Numbered from the stretch's first letter, positions 53,999 to 63,876 are shown. The stretch: DNA of 64,000 nucleotides from Anaeromyxobacteraceae bacterium (GCA_032654565.1 JAULAX010000018.1:384001-448000); one strand, 5' to 3'. Notes: a model not told the origin generated them from the letters alone. Numbers and translations are program-made.

Positions 53999-55047
53999 AG
54001 GTGGACTGCGTCCGGATCATCGAGGCGGGCTACGCCCAGCAGGCGGCGGAGCCGGCCTGGCTCGGCGAGCTCCTCGAGCCGTTCGAGCCGCTCTCGGGCG
54101 GGCTGGGGGTCGTGGGGACGGTCTACGACTTCGAGGCGGCCGAGCCCGGGGCGCGCCTCTGGGTGCACAGCCGGTCGATGGCTCCAGCGCTGGCCACCGC
54201 CTACCAGCGGAGCCGGCGCCTCCTCGCGGCCCACCACCTCGACGCGCTGAAGGCGATGCTCCGCCCGGCCCTCGGCGGGGCCTGCTGGACCAGCAAGGTG
54301 GGGATGGCCCTCCCGGAGCAGGCGCGGCTCGAGGCGCGCGCCTGCTTCGCCGGGACCGGCCTGGGCGACACCCTCGGGGTGCTGGTGGCCGAGCCCGGCT
54401 GCCCGACCGTGACCATCTCGATCCCCTTCGCCCGGACCTTCGCGGTCCCGTCGCGCACCATGGAGCAGCTCCGCCGGGTGACGGCCCACCTCACCGCGGC
54501 GCTGCGGCTCCGGACCCGCCTGGAGCGGGCCGGGGAGCCCGGCGCGGCGGCGGAGGCGGTGCTCGATCCACGCGGGAAGGTGCACGACGCCACCGGGCCG
54601 GCCGCCTCGGCGCCGGCGCGCGCCAGCCTCACCGACGCGGTCCGGTCGGTGGAGCGGGCGAGGGGCCGGCTGCGACGGAGTGATCCCGAGGAGGCGCTGG
54701 CCATCTGGCGCGCCCTCTTCGAGGGGCGCTGGTCGATCGTCGAGCGGACCGAGGCCGACGGGAGGCGGTTCCTGCTGGCCCACCGCAACGCGCCCGGCTT
54801 CACCGACCCCAAGGGGTTGGCCCCCGGGGAGCGGGACGTCCTCGTCTACGCCGCCCGCGGCCTCTCCAACAAGTACATCGGTTACCTGCTGGGTATCGCC
54901 ACCAGCACGGTGAGCACCCGCCTGGCCTCGGCGCTGCGGAAGCTGTCGCTCGGCTCGCGCCGCGAGGCCATCGCGCTGTTCGGCGACCTGCCGCCTGTCC
55001 CGGCGGCGGGCCTGGCCTCGCCGGAGCGGCCCACGGCGACGGCCTAG
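53995..55047 (+). CDS. LuxR-type HTH regulator with large N-terminal domain
   Basis: C-terminal ERDVL..GLSNKYIGYLLG..STV..LRKL; GTGA overlap. Confidence 0.85.
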   Translation: MKVDCVRIIEAGYAQQAAEPAWLGELLEPFEPLSGGLGVVGTVYDFEAAEPGARLWVHSRSMAPALATAYQRSRRLLAAHHLDALKAMLRPALGGACWTSKVGMALPEQARLEARACFAGTGLGDTLGVLVAEPGCPTVTISIPFARTFAVPSRTMEQLRRVTAHLTAALRLRTRLERAGEPGAAAEAVLDPRGKVHDATGPAASAPARASLTDAVRSVERARGRLRRSDPEEALAIWRALFEGRWSIVERTEADGRRFLLAHRNAPGFTDPKGLAPGERDVLVYAARGLSNKYIGYLLGIATSTVSTRLASALRKLSLGSRREAIALFGDLPPVPAAGLASPERPTATA

Positions 55048-55240
55048 GGCCGTGGCCGGGGCCCCAGGGCGTCACGCCCCGTGGCAGGCGCGGGGCCCGG
55101 GGCGTGCCCGACCTATCGCCCGGCTCGATGCCCATGGCAGCCGGTCACAGGGGGGCCGTACCCTGCGCGGTACCGGGGCCCGCAGCGCCAACCGTCTCAC
55201 CGGGGCCCCGCTCAACCCACGGTGCACCGACGGAGGTCAC

Positions 55241-55744
55241 ATGCGGACGAAGATCCTGGTGGCGATGGCGATGCTGGGCGGGGCGGCGGCCGGGGCGCAG
55301 GAGCCGGCGCCGATCCCGAAGGAAGGGACGGGCTCGTACACGACCATGGGCTCCTTGACGCGCACCGCGCTCCCCATGGGGAAGGACCACCTGCAGGTGA
55401 CCTGGGAGTTCCTCGGCGTGCAGCTCGCCGACGAAGGCAAGGGCGTCACCCACAACGCCTCGGTCCGCTGCCTCGGCTCCGTCTTCGCGGCCGGCGGCGA
55501 GTACCAGAGCTTCACCAACTCCTGCATCTTCACCCGGCCGGACGGCGACCAGGCCTTCACCACCGAGACCGCCACCGGGAAGATCGGAGGTCTCTCCAAG
55601 GGGACCTCCCGGTTCGTCGGCGGCACCGGCAAGCTGGCCGGGATCACCGGGAGCAGCGAGTTCACCAGGTACTTCGTCCGCCCGGCGACCGAGGCCACCT
55701 TCCAGTCGGTGACCAGGTCGAAGGGGAGCTACAAGCTGCCGTGA
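55241..55744 (+). CDS. Secreted hypothetical protein (beta-rich)
   Basis: GGAGG RBS, signal peptide, GGTGKLAGITG motif. Confidence 0.75.
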   Translation: MRTKILVAMAMLGGAAAGAQEPAPIPKEGTGSYTTMGSLTRTALPMGKDHLQVTWEFLGVQLADEGKGVTHNASVRCLGSVFAAGGEYQSFTNSCIFTRPDGDQAFTTETATGKIGGLSKGTSRFVGGTGKLAGITGSSEFTRYFVRPATEATFQSVTRSKGSYKLP

Positions 55745-55768
55745 GGGGGTGGGGGGCCCCGGGGCGGG

Positions 55769-57268
55769 CTACTTCCCGCCCCGGGCGTTCCAGACCTTCA
55801 TCAGCTCCGGCGAGCCCTGCGAGCGGATGCCGCTGTCGGTGAGCAGCTCCTCGGTGGCCGCCGCCAGCTCCTTGCGGGAGAAGACGATGGCCTCGCCGCC
55901 GCGCCGGTCGAAGTCGATGGTGATGAACTCGCCCCGGGCGTCGCGCAGCAGCTCCACGGCGTGCTGCAGGTTCTTCACCGCCACGCCGTTGATGGTCTTC
56001 ACCACCGCCCCCTGCGGCGAGTCGTAGCCCTTGGCCAGCCGGTGGGGCAGGAAGGGGGACGGCACCATCACCAGCTCCTCGCCGGGGAAGGCCGGCCCGT
56101 CGAGCATGCGGGTGAAGAGCGGGCTCCCGAACATGTTGGCCATGGCCCCGCGGCCGCTGGTGGTGACGAACTGCTGCGAGGCCACCGAGAAGACCATGGG
56201 GCCGAGGATGAAGTAGGGCGGGTAGGTGCCCTGCAGGTCGGGCACCATCACCCGCCGCGCCGCGCCCACCGGGAGCTGGACCACCAGCGGCTTGCCGGCG
56301 CGGACCACCGAGAGCGCCACCGCGCCGTCCCGGGCCAGCTTCTGCACCAGGTACTGGAAGCGGACCCGCAGGTTGGGGCCGAGCTGCACCATCCCCTGGT
56401 CGTCCACCGGGACGTCGCCGATGCGGGTGATGACGTCCCAGGGCTTGAGCAGGCTGCTGCCCTTGCCGAAGGGCTCGTGCACCACCATGCCGGCCACGCC
56501 CTTCTCCAGCTTGAGGAAGGCCCGCAGCGCCGGGTTCTCCAGGGTCTGCAGCTCGTCGTGCATGGCCGGCTTGCCGTCGTAGCGGCCGTCGGCCACGTCG
56601 CGCAGGAAGAGCTCGATCTCCTCGTTGGGGATGATGTAGCCGATGTTCTGGGCCCCCCCCAGGGTGCTGAAGGCCAGGCCGATCATCTTGTCGCCCACCA
56701 CCGCCGGGCCGCCGCTGTTGCCGGGGTTGATGGCGGCGTCGATCTGGATGCGCAGCCCGGAGACCGGGAAGTTGTAGGAGGTGAACTCGATGCGGGAGAC
56801 GATCCCCTTGGTGATGGAGAGGTTGCTGCCGCCGGTGGGGTAGCCGTAGGCCATGACCGCGTCCTTGACGTCGGGCATGGAGCCCAGCCGGGCCAGCGGC
56901 GGGTGCTTGTCGAAGAAGGACTCGTCGTCGAGCCGGAGCAGGGCCAGGTCGATGCCCGGGGCGATGAACTCGACGGTGGCCGAGATCTTGTCGCCGGCCT
57001 GGTGGGCCTGCACCTGCACCTGGGTGGCGTAGAGCACCACGTGGGCGTTGGTGAGGATGCGCCGCCCCTCCACCACCACGCCGCTGCCGGTGGCCTCGGC
57101 GGGCGGGGCCTTGGCCCAGGGTCGGGCCACCTCGGGGGCGCGGAGGGTGGAGAAGATCTTCACCACCGAGCTCTCCACCACCCCGGGGGCGGCGGGGACG
57201 CTGGCCTGCGCCAGGGCGAGGCCGGGCAGGAGCCCGGCGAGGAGGAGCAGGCTGGAGCGGAGGGGCAT
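55769..57268 (-). CDS. Trypsin-like (HtrA/Deg) serine protease with PDZ-like C-terminus
   Basis: ILTNAHVV, DLALL, DAAINPGNSGGP. Confidence 0.92.
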   Translation of the reverse strand: MPLRSSLLLLAGLLPGLALAQASVPAAPGVVESSVVKIFSTLRAPEVARPWAKAPPAEATGSGVVVEGRRILTNAHVVLYATQVQVQAHQAGDKISATVEFIAPGIDLALLRLDDESFFDKHPPLARLGSMPDVKDAVMAYGYPTGGSNLSITKGIVSRIEFTSYNFPVSGLRIQIDAAINPGNSGGPAVVGDKMIGLAFSTLGGAQNIGYIIPNEEIELFLRDVADGRYDGKPAMHDELQTLENPALRAFLKLEKGVAGMVVHEPFGKGSSLLKPWDVITRIGDVPVDDQGMVQLGPNLRVRFQYLVQKLARDGAVALSVVRAGKPLVVQLPVGAARRVMVPDLQGTYPPYFILGPMVFSVASQQFVTTSGRGAMANMFGSPLFTRMLDGPAFPGEELVMVPSPFLPHRLAKGYDSPQGAVVKTINGVAVKNLQHAVELLRDARGEFITIDFDRRGGEAIVFSRKELAAATEELLTDSGIRSQGSPELMKVWNARGGK

Positions 57269-57285
57269 GGTGGCGGGTCCTGGGA

Positions 57286-58608
57286 TCAGCGGCCGCGGAC
57301 GGCGCGGACCGCGGCGGCGGCGGCGCTGAAGACGCCGGGGATCTGCGCCTCGGTGAGGCAGGAGAAGGCGACCCGCAGGTCGGTGGCGCCGAGGGCGATG
57401 GTGCCGACGCCGTGGTCGTCGAGCAGCCGCACCCGCACCGTGTCGGCGTCCGCCCCCTTGAGCCGCAGGCACATGAAGTACCCGGAGTTGAAGGGGTAGA
57501 CGTCCCAGCAGTCGGCGTACTCGGTCTTGCGGCACTCCACCGCCACCACCTCGGCCCGCTTGCGCAGCGTCGCCACCTTCTCGGCCTGCTGGGGGCGGAA
57601 GTCCGGGTCGTTGAGGGCCTTCAAGACCACCGACTGGCCGGGGTTGGAGATGTTGGAGACGTAGGCGCGGATCAGGCCGGCGGTCTTGTCCTCGAGCGCC
57701 TTGTAGACGGCGGCGGTGCCGTTCTTGATGCCGAAGGTGAGGAAGCCGACGCGCAGCCCCCAGATGAAGGCCTCCTTGGTGCCGCCGTCGACCTTGATGG
57801 CCAGCAGGTTGTCGGAGGCCCGGGCCAGGCGGCCGAAGACCGACTCGGTCTGGCAGTCCGGGTGGTAGAACATCCCGTAGTAGGCGTCGTCGACGCTCAC
57901 CACCAGCCGGGTCCCGGCCTCGGCCTCGGCGGTCAGGGCGGCGACGATGCCGTCGGCCTCGGCGCGGGTCGGGGTGTAGCCGGAGGGGTTGTTGGGGAAG
58001 TTGAGGGCCACCACCAGCTTGCGGCCGCGGTGGCGCTTCAGGCCGGCGGTGAAGGCCGCCAGGTTGAAGCCGGTCAGCTTCTCGTCGAAGAACGGGAAGT
58101 AGTCGAAGCTGGCGCCGAGCCGGGTCTCCCAGGTGAGGTTGTAGTTCTCCCAGAGCAGGTTGGCGGAGAGGACGGCGTCGCCCGGATCGAGGAAGAGATC
58201 GCCCACCAGCCCGAGGCCGTGGGTCAGGGCGTTGGTGACCACCGGGTTGGAGACCAGCTGGTCGCCCAGCGACGGGGTCTCGGCCCGCTGCTTCTTGGCC
58301 CAGGCGGCCCGCACGTCCGGCTTCCCGTAGCTGGGGGCGTAGTCGTAGATCTCGCCGGGGGTGAGGCCGGTGAAGTACTTGCTCACCACCCCGAGGTGCA
58401 TGGGGGCGCCGTTCTCGGTGGCGATGCCGACGGTGGCGTTGGCCGACTTGGCCTTCAGCTTGGCCTCGGCCCCCTGGGCCAGGATCCCCTTGGCCGGGAA
58501 GAAGAAGCGCTTGCCGCGCTCGGCGAGGAGGTCGAGGACCACCGGGCAGTCCTTCTTCAGCGCGTCGTTGGCGGCCTGGGCGAGCGGGTTGAGCGGCGCG
58601 GTGGGCAT
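57286..58608 (-). CDS. PLP-dependent aminotransferase class I/II
   Basis: NFPNNPSGY, DDAY, DGGTKE..WGLRVGF. Confidence 0.9.
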   Translation of the reverse strand: MPTAPLNPLAQAANDALKKDCPVVLDLLAERGKRFFFPAKGILAQGAEAKLKAKSANATVGIATENGAPMHLGVVSKYFTGLTPGEIYDYAPSYGKPDVRAAWAKKQRAETPSLGDQLVSNPVVTNALTHGLGLVGDLFLDPGDAVLSANLLWENYNLTWETRLGASFDYFPFFDEKLTGFNLAAFTAGLKRHRGRKLVVALNFPNNPSGYTPTRAEADGIVAALTAEAEAGTRLVVSVDDAYYGMFYHPDCQTESVFGRLARASDNLLAIKVDGGTKEAFIWGLRVGFLTFGIKNGTAAVYKALEDKTAGLIRAYVSNISNPGQSVVLKALNDPDFRPQQAEKVATLRKRAEVVAVECRKTEYADCWDVYPFNSGYFMCLRLKGADADTVRVRLLDDHGVGTIALGATDLRVAFSCLTEAQIPGVFSAAAAAVRAVRGR

Positions 58609-58684
58609 GCGGGGCTCCTGGCGGGAGGGGTGTTCGTGCGGAGGGTGCGCGGCCGGACAATGTGGCATGGCCCGGGAAGGCGAT

Positions 58685-59335
58685 TCAAGGGAGAAGGGGT
58701 CGCAGGCCGCGCCACATCCGCACGCTGGTCCAGCCGACGAAGGTGAGCCAGAGCGGGCCGGCGACGGCGAGGAGGTTGGCCGCCGCCACCGAGAAGGGCT
58801 GGCCGGCCACCGGGAGCGAGGCCAGGCCGGCGAGCAGCCCCAGCGCCCCCACGCCCCGCTCGCCGCGACCGAGGAGCGCCGAGGCCAGGCCGAGCAGCCC
58901 GAGCCCCAGCAGCAGGTTGAAGAGGGCGTCGAGCGAGAGGGCCACGCCGAGCAGCGCCCGGCCCGCCGGGCCGGCGGCGTCGCCGGGCAGCAGGTGGGTG
59001 ACCAGCACCAGCGGCCCCACGCAGCCCGCGGCGTTGAGGGCGGCGCCGAGGGTGATGGCCCCGGCGCCGAAGCGGGCCCAGGGGGTGGGGGCGCGGCGGG
59101 CCAGCCCGGCGGCCCAGCCGGCCAGCGCCAGCAGGCCGAGGATGAAGGCGACGGCGCTCCCCACCGTCGCCTGCGGGTGGGCCACCGACAGCGCCGCCCA
59201 CCGGTCGAGCTGGTCGGGGCGGTAGGCGCCGGTGATGTCGCCGAGGAACAGCACGCCGGCCACGTTGCCGGCGACGCCGACCAGCCCGAGGAGCGCGGCG
59301 AGCCGGTCGGCGGGTGGGGAGGTGGGGTCAGCCAT
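58685..59335 (-). CDS. Hypothetical membrane protein
   Basis: About 5-6 hydrophobic segments. Confidence 0.65.
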   Translation of the reverse strand: MADPTSPPADRLAALLGLVGVAGNVAGVLFLGDITGAYRPDQLDRWAALSVAHPQATVGSAVAFILGLLALAGWAAGLARRAPTPWARFGAGAITLGAALNAAGCVGPLVLVTHLLPGDAAGPAGRALLGVALSLDALFNLLLGLGLLGLASALLGRGERGVGALGLLAGLASLPVAGQPFSVAAANLLAVAGPLWLTFVGWTSVRMWRGLRPLLP

Positions 59336-59426
59336 CGCAGGACTCCTGTCCGCCGCGGCCGACCGCCGGTGCGGCGGTGGCGAGGCGAAGCTCCAGTCTA
59401 GCGGGGCGGTCTCCACGACGCCGCGC

Positions 59427-60707
59427 TCAGCGGATCCCGATGGGGGGGCGCGGGGGGGAGCCGCAGACCCCGAGCCGCTCGGCCAGCCCCGGGAAGGCGC
59501 AGGCGCAGGACCCGGCGGGCGTGGCGGCGCCGCTCCAGGCGGTGGGGCGGGACGGGTCGCGCGGGGCCGGGACCACCAGCGAGCCGACGAAGTCGCCCCG
59601 GGTGTAGACGGCGTCGATGAGCGCGGCCAGCTTGCCGACCTCGGCCGCCGTGACCTGCCCGCTCGAGGTGGCCTGGTAGAACTGCACCGTCACCCGGACC
59701 GGGAAGCGCGGATCGCGCTCGATGGTGAGGCCGGCCAGCTCGGTGAACGGCCCCTCCAGCTCGCCGTGGCCGAGCACCGCCTGCTCCATGGCGTCGGCCG
59801 CCTCGGCCATGGGGGCCGCCTTGGCCTCCGACTTCATCATGGGCGAAGGGGCTCCGGAGCCCAGGGCGTAGGCGCGGCGCGGCCGCTCCACGCGCAGCGG
59901 CACCTGGATGAGCATGAGCAGGTTGGCGTCCTCGCCGAGGCTGGCGGAGGACTCACCGTTCATGGTGACGCCGCTGGCCTCCACGTCGGAGCGCCGCTCG
60001 GCGGTGAGGGGGGCCCGCTGGCCGCCGTCGTTGAAGAAGAGCCGCTGCCCCCAGGCCCCGGTGCCGACCTGGTCGCGGCCGTTGTCGACGATCGACGCCG
60101 AGGTCCCCTGGCGTGTCACCAGCAGGGTCAGGACCGCGGGGTGGCCGGCCGTCGACTGGTAGTTGAAGATGACCGGGTGGAAGGTGGCCCGGGCGCCGCG
60201 GGGCACGGGCAGGAAGGCGGCCTGCGCCGAGACCAGCGCGTGGGTGTCGCGCGGGGCCAGCAGGGTGCCGCCGCGGATGGCGCCGTTCCCGGGCGCCGAG
60301 AGGAAGCGCCCCGGCTCCGCCAGCAGCTCGCGCAGCGTCACCACCTGCTCGGGGGCGCCCGGGCGCTGGTTGCCGGTGCGGAGCCAGACCTTGTCGAGCG
60401 CCACGTCGGCGGTCCGGTCGGCGAAGTTGGGGAAGCGCAGCACCGGCATCAGCGACGGGGCCCGCCCGGCGCCGTTGGCCACGGCGATGGTCACGTCGGA
60501 GATGTTGGGGCCGACCGACGAGCCCTGGTGCCGCCCGGTGTCCTCCCAGAGCACGTTGACGAACTGCAGGCCGCGGGCGCCGGCGAGCCGCTGCGCCTCG
60601 GGGTCGGAGACCAGGGCGGCGACCCGGTCGACGGCGGAGCCCGGCGGGACGGCGACGGCGTGGGCGGTGAGCAGGGCGGCGAGGGCGGCGGCGAGCGGGC
60701 TGTGCAT
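59427..60707 (-). CDS. Secreted hypothetical protein
   Basis: Signal-like N-terminus; complex globular sequence (WEDTGR..GPNISDVT, FNYQS, RVTVQFY). Confidence 0.75.
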   Translation of the reverse strand: MHSPLAAALAALLTAHAVAVPPGSAVDRVAALVSDPEAQRLAGARGLQFVNVLWEDTGRHQGSSVGPNISDVTIAVANGAGRAPSLMPVLRFPNFADRTADVALDKVWLRTGNQRPGAPEQVVTLRELLAEPGRFLSAPGNGAIRGGTLLAPRDTHALVSAQAAFLPVPRGARATFHPVIFNYQSTAGHPAVLTLLVTRQGTSASIVDNGRDQVGTGAWGQRLFFNDGGQRAPLTAERRSDVEASGVTMNGESSASLGEDANLLMLIQVPLRVERPRRAYALGSGAPSPMMKSEAKAAPMAEAADAMEQAVLGHGELEGPFTELAGLTIERDPRFPVRVTVQFYQATSSGQVTAAEVGKLAALIDAVYTRGDFVGSLVVPAPRDPSRPTAWSGAATPAGSCACAFPGLAERLGVCGSPPRPPIGIR

Positions 60708-60727
60708 GGTCGGCTCCGGCGTGCGTT

Positions 60728-60829
60728 GAAGGACTCTGGGACGGGAAGCGGAAGGACTCTGGGACGGGAAGCGGGGACGGGAAGCGAATTACTCTGGGAC
60801 GGGAATCGAACGGGGACGGGAATCGAACG
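60728..60829 (+). repeat. Nested tandem duplications of the ACTCT-GGGACGGGAA motif
   Basis: 23-mer x2 (60728, 60751), 13-mer x2 (60761, 60774), 17-mer x2 (60796, 60813). Confidence 0.93.
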
Positions 60830-60979
60830 GCTCTCTCCAAGGTGAACGCGCCGGGCCGGGGAACGATCTGGAGGACCGCGCCGCGGCCGGTGGTCCGCCG
60901 CCCGGCCGGTGGGCGGGACGCCCCAGGTTCCTGATCACGGCCGGTTGGGCGCGGCACCGGGGCTGCATCCCCCCGCCGC

Positions 60980-61318
60980 ATGACCCCGTTCGACACCTCC
61001 ACCGAGCTGGCCTGCCGGTCGTCGACGGCGGGCGCCGACCTCGGCCTGGCGGCCGACGTGGCCGAGGCCTGGGTCGAGGTGGCCAGGCTGCGGCGGCTGG
61101 CCAGGCTGGCGGCCAGCGAGGCGCTGGAGCGGCGAGGGCTGGTGGCCGCCTGCGCCGGCGACCCGCTCCACCCCAGGACCCAGGGGCTGTCGGCGGCGGC
61201 CGAGTTCCACGCGGCGCGGGCCACGGCGGCGGCCGAGCGGGCGCGCGACTCGGAGCGCCGGGCGGCGGAGCTGGAGCTGCGCCACCAGCTGGCCTGCCGG
61301 GAGGCCCGGTGCGCGTGA
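60980..61318 (+). CDS. Hypothetical helical/coiled-coil protein
   Basis: Ala/Arg/Glu-rich ORF overlapping the start of the next ORF. Confidence 0.45.
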   Translation: MTPFDTSTELACRSSTAGADLGLAADVAEAWVEVARLRRLARLAASEALERRGLVAACAGDPLHPRTQGLSAAAEFHAARATAAAERARDSERRAAELELRHQLACREARCA

Positions 61319-61962
61319 GCGAGGAGGTGAGGGTGACCGAGCAGCGGCGCGAGGCGGGGCGGCGCGGCGACTTCGGCGCGGCGCTGCAACGGGCGGAGGC
61401 CAGGCGCGCCGAGGCGGGGCGGGCCGACGCCGGCCGGGCGGCGCAGCAGGCCGGAGAGCGGCTCACGCAGGCACGGCGGACCGGCGCCGGGGGCCGTCCC
61501 GACACCGACGCGGCGGTGAAGCCATCCGGTGCGGGGCCCGGCGAAGCGGCGGCCAGTGGAGGCCGGGGCGAGCGCGCAGCGGGTGGGGCCGGCGGCGAGC
61601 CGGCGGGAGCGAGCGGCGCGCTGGCGTCGAGCCGTCCACATGGCGCAGGGGGCGAGCCGGGCCTGGCCGCCGACCCGGCCCGGGCGGCGCTCACCCAGGC
61701 GATCCGGGCGCTGCCCCCGGTCATCGAGGCCTTCGGCGGCGCCGGGCGCGAGGTGCTGGCCATCGACTTCGGCGGCGCGCTGGCCGTGGAGCTGCGCCAG
61801 GCGGCCGGCGGGGTGGCGGTCCAGCTCTCGGCGCCGGGGTCGCTCCAGCCGGCGGCGCGCACCGAGCTGGCCGGGCTCTGCCGGGCGCTGGCGTCGCGTG
61901 GCGTGGTGGTGGTGAGCGCCGAGGTGCGCGGGAGTCCACCGGGGCCGGGGCGCCGACGTTGA
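61309..61962 (+). CDS. Hypothetical protein, C-terminus resembles the FliK/YscP domain
   Basis: Low-complexity middle followed by LAVELRQ..GVAVQL...ELAGL..ALASRGV. Confidence 0.45.
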   Translation: MRVSEEVRVTEQRREAGRRGDFGAALQRAEARRAEAGRADAGRAAQQAGERLTQARRTGAGGRPDTDAAVKPSGAGPGEAAASGGRGERAAGGAGGEPAGASGALASSRPHGAGGEPGLAADPARAALTQAIRALPPVIEAFGGAGREVLAIDFGGALAVELRQAAGGVAVQLSAPGSLQPAARTELAGLCRALASRGVVVVSAEVRGSPPGPGRRR

Positions 61963-61987
61963 CGGCCCTCCGGGCCTTCGCTACAAG
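61959..61987 (+). promoter_or_regulatory. Sigma70 promoter of the tRNA
   Basis: TTGACG-N17-TACAAG followed by a GC-rich discriminator. Confidence 0.65.
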
Positions 61988-62000
61988 GGGCCCCCGGTAG

Positions 62001-62075
62001 GGCACCGTCGCCAAGTGGTAAGGCAAGGGTCTGCAAAACCCTTATTCCCCGGTTCGAATCCGGGCGGTGCCTCCA
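62001..62075 (+). tRNA. tRNA-Cys(GCA)
   Basis: Acceptor GGCACCG/CGGTGCC, D-loop AGTGGTA, anticodon GCA at 62033-62035, GTTCGAATC, encoded CCA. Confidence 0.97.
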
Positions 62076-62242
62076 ACACCCTTCCAGTCCTGGTCTTCCT
62101 CGTGGTCCAAGCCCCTTCCGGGGCGGTAGCCCGGGCGACACCTTGTTCGTCGGCCTCGGCTGGGCCACGCTCGCCGCCGGTCATGGTCGCCGCCGGCGTG
62201 GCGCGCCGCCTGGGCCAGCCGACGACTTCACCGGGAGATGAC

Positions 62243-62863
62243 ATGCGCAGACTGCTGCTGGCCGCCCTGCTGGTCCTCGCCGTCCCCACCACCTCGCACG
62301 CCCTCGTGGGCCTCGGCCTTCGGCTCGGCTACGGGGTGCCGAACGGCGACCTGGCCAAGGGATCCAAGTACAAGGACACCATCGACTCGCAGGTGCCGCT
62401 CCAGCTGGACGTCATGTTCGGTCCGCGGTCCGCGCAGTACGGCCTCTACGTCGGGTATGCGCCCAACCAGGTCGACACCACCGGCATCCCCTCCTCCATC
62501 TCCATCACCTCCTCGACCACCCGGGTCGGGCTCCAGGCCACCCGGCAGCTCCTCGACCTCGGGCTGGTGGGGATCTGGGCCGGGGCCGCCAGCGGCCTGG
62601 AGATCTTCCAGCTGGAGATGAAGGGTCCGATCCCCACGGCCAGGATGCAGGTCCGGGGCTGGGAGTTCCTCACCGTCACGGCCGGCGTCGACATGAAGGC
62701 GCTGCCGCTGCTCGACCTCGGCGCCTTCGTCAGCGCCGGCTTCGGCCAGTTCGGCGTCTCCACGCTCAAGGTCAGCGGCGTCGAGACCACCCAGGGGATC
62801 GGCGCCGACAAGCGGGTCCACGGCCTGGTCCAGCTCGGCCTCCGGGGAATGATCAGCCTCTAG
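62243..62863 (+). CDS. Outer-membrane beta-barrel protein
   Basis: Signal peptide, alternating hydrophobic strands, terminal strand LGLRGMISL. Confidence 0.75.
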   Translation: MRRLLLAALLVLAVPTTSHALVGLGLRLGYGVPNGDLAKGSKYKDTIDSQVPLQLDVMFGPRSAQYGLYVGYAPNQVDTTGIPSSISITSSTTRVGLQATRQLLDLGLVGIWAGAASGLEIFQLEMKGPIPTARMQVRGWEFLTVTAGVDMKALPLLDLGAFVSAGFGQFGVSTLKVSGVETTQGIGADKRVHGLVQLGLRGMISL

Positions 62864-63836
62864 CCGTCGGCGCCAGCCAGCCCCGCTCCAGGTACCAGCG
62901 GGCGGCGCGGGCCACCGACTCGGCCAGCGGCGTGGCGGCGGTGAAGCCGAGCCGCGCCCTGGCCTTGCCGGTGTCGCAGACCCAGCCCGGCGCCAGCAGC
63001 TGCTTGGCCAGCTTGCGGTTGAGCGGCAGCCGCCGCCCGGTGAGCCGGGTGACCAGGTCGGCGAGCGCCGCGGCGCCGGAGAGGAGCGGCGCCGGCACGT
63101 CGACGCGGCGGGTCTCGACGCCGAGGGCCTGGCCGGCCGCCACCATCAGCCCCTGCGCCGTGGTCCGCTCGTCGCTGGCCAGGAAGTAGGCCTCGCCGAC
63201 GGCCTCGGGCCGGTCGGCCAGCAGCAGTAGCCCCTGGGCGCAGTCGTCGACGTCGATCCAGGAGAGCGGCCGCACCCCGCCGAAGCCGAGCGCCCACCCG
63301 CGCCTCGCCAGCTTGAAGAAGAGCAGGTTCTCCTTGTCCCCCGCCCCCATGATGCGCGGCGGCCGGGCCACCGTGACCGGGAGCCGGTCGCGGTAGATGA
63401 AGGCCACCCGCTCCGCCTCGGCCTTCGACTCCCCGTACCACTCGGCGGGGCGCAGCGGCTCCTCCTCGCGGCAGCCGGTGGCCGACGGGGCCGAGGCGGC
63501 CCGCGAGCCGGCCAGCACGAAGCGGCGCAGCCCCGGCGCCCCGGCCACGCAGGCGTCGAGCAGCAGGCGGGTGGCCCCGACGTTGACCCGCCAGAAGGCG
63601 TCGCGCTCGGCGGCCCGCCGCAGCCCGGCCAGGTGGAAGACCACCTCCACGCCGGCCACCGCCGCCGCCAGCGCCGCGGGATCGGTGGCGTCGCCCAGCA
63701 GCACCTCGACGCCGGGCCGCTCCAGCTCCGGCACGGGGCGGCGCACCAGGGCCCGGACCGTGTCGCCGCGCACCGTGAGGGCGCGGACCAGGGCCTGCCC
63801 GAGGAAGCCGCCGGCGCCGGTGACGAGGGCCTTCAT
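62853..63836 (-). CDS. NAD-dependent epimerase/dehydratase
   Basis: VTGAGGFLG, VFHLAG, YGESK. Confidence 0.92.
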   Translation of the reverse strand: MKALVTGAGGFLGQALVRALTVRGDTVRALVRRPVPELERPGVEVLLGDATDPAALAAAVAGVEVVFHLAGLRRAAERDAFWRVNVGATRLLLDACVAGAPGLRRFVLAGSRAASAPSATGCREEEPLRPAEWYGESKAEAERVAFIYRDRLPVTVARPPRIMGAGDKENLLFFKLARRGWALGFGGVRPLSWIDVDDCAQGLLLLADRPEAVGEAYFLASDERTTAQGLMVAAGQALGVETRRVDVPAPLLSGAAALADLVTRLTGRRLPLNRKLAKQLLAPGWVCDTGKARARLGFTAATPLAESVARAARWYLERGWLAPTARG

Positions 63837-63876
63837 GGTCGGAGACAGGAGCATGCGCCACCCGGGCCGGTCAATC

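Noticed and set aside
62001..62240. Integrated island at tRNA-Cys
   Set aside because: No integrase and no duplicated tRNA 3' end seen in the window
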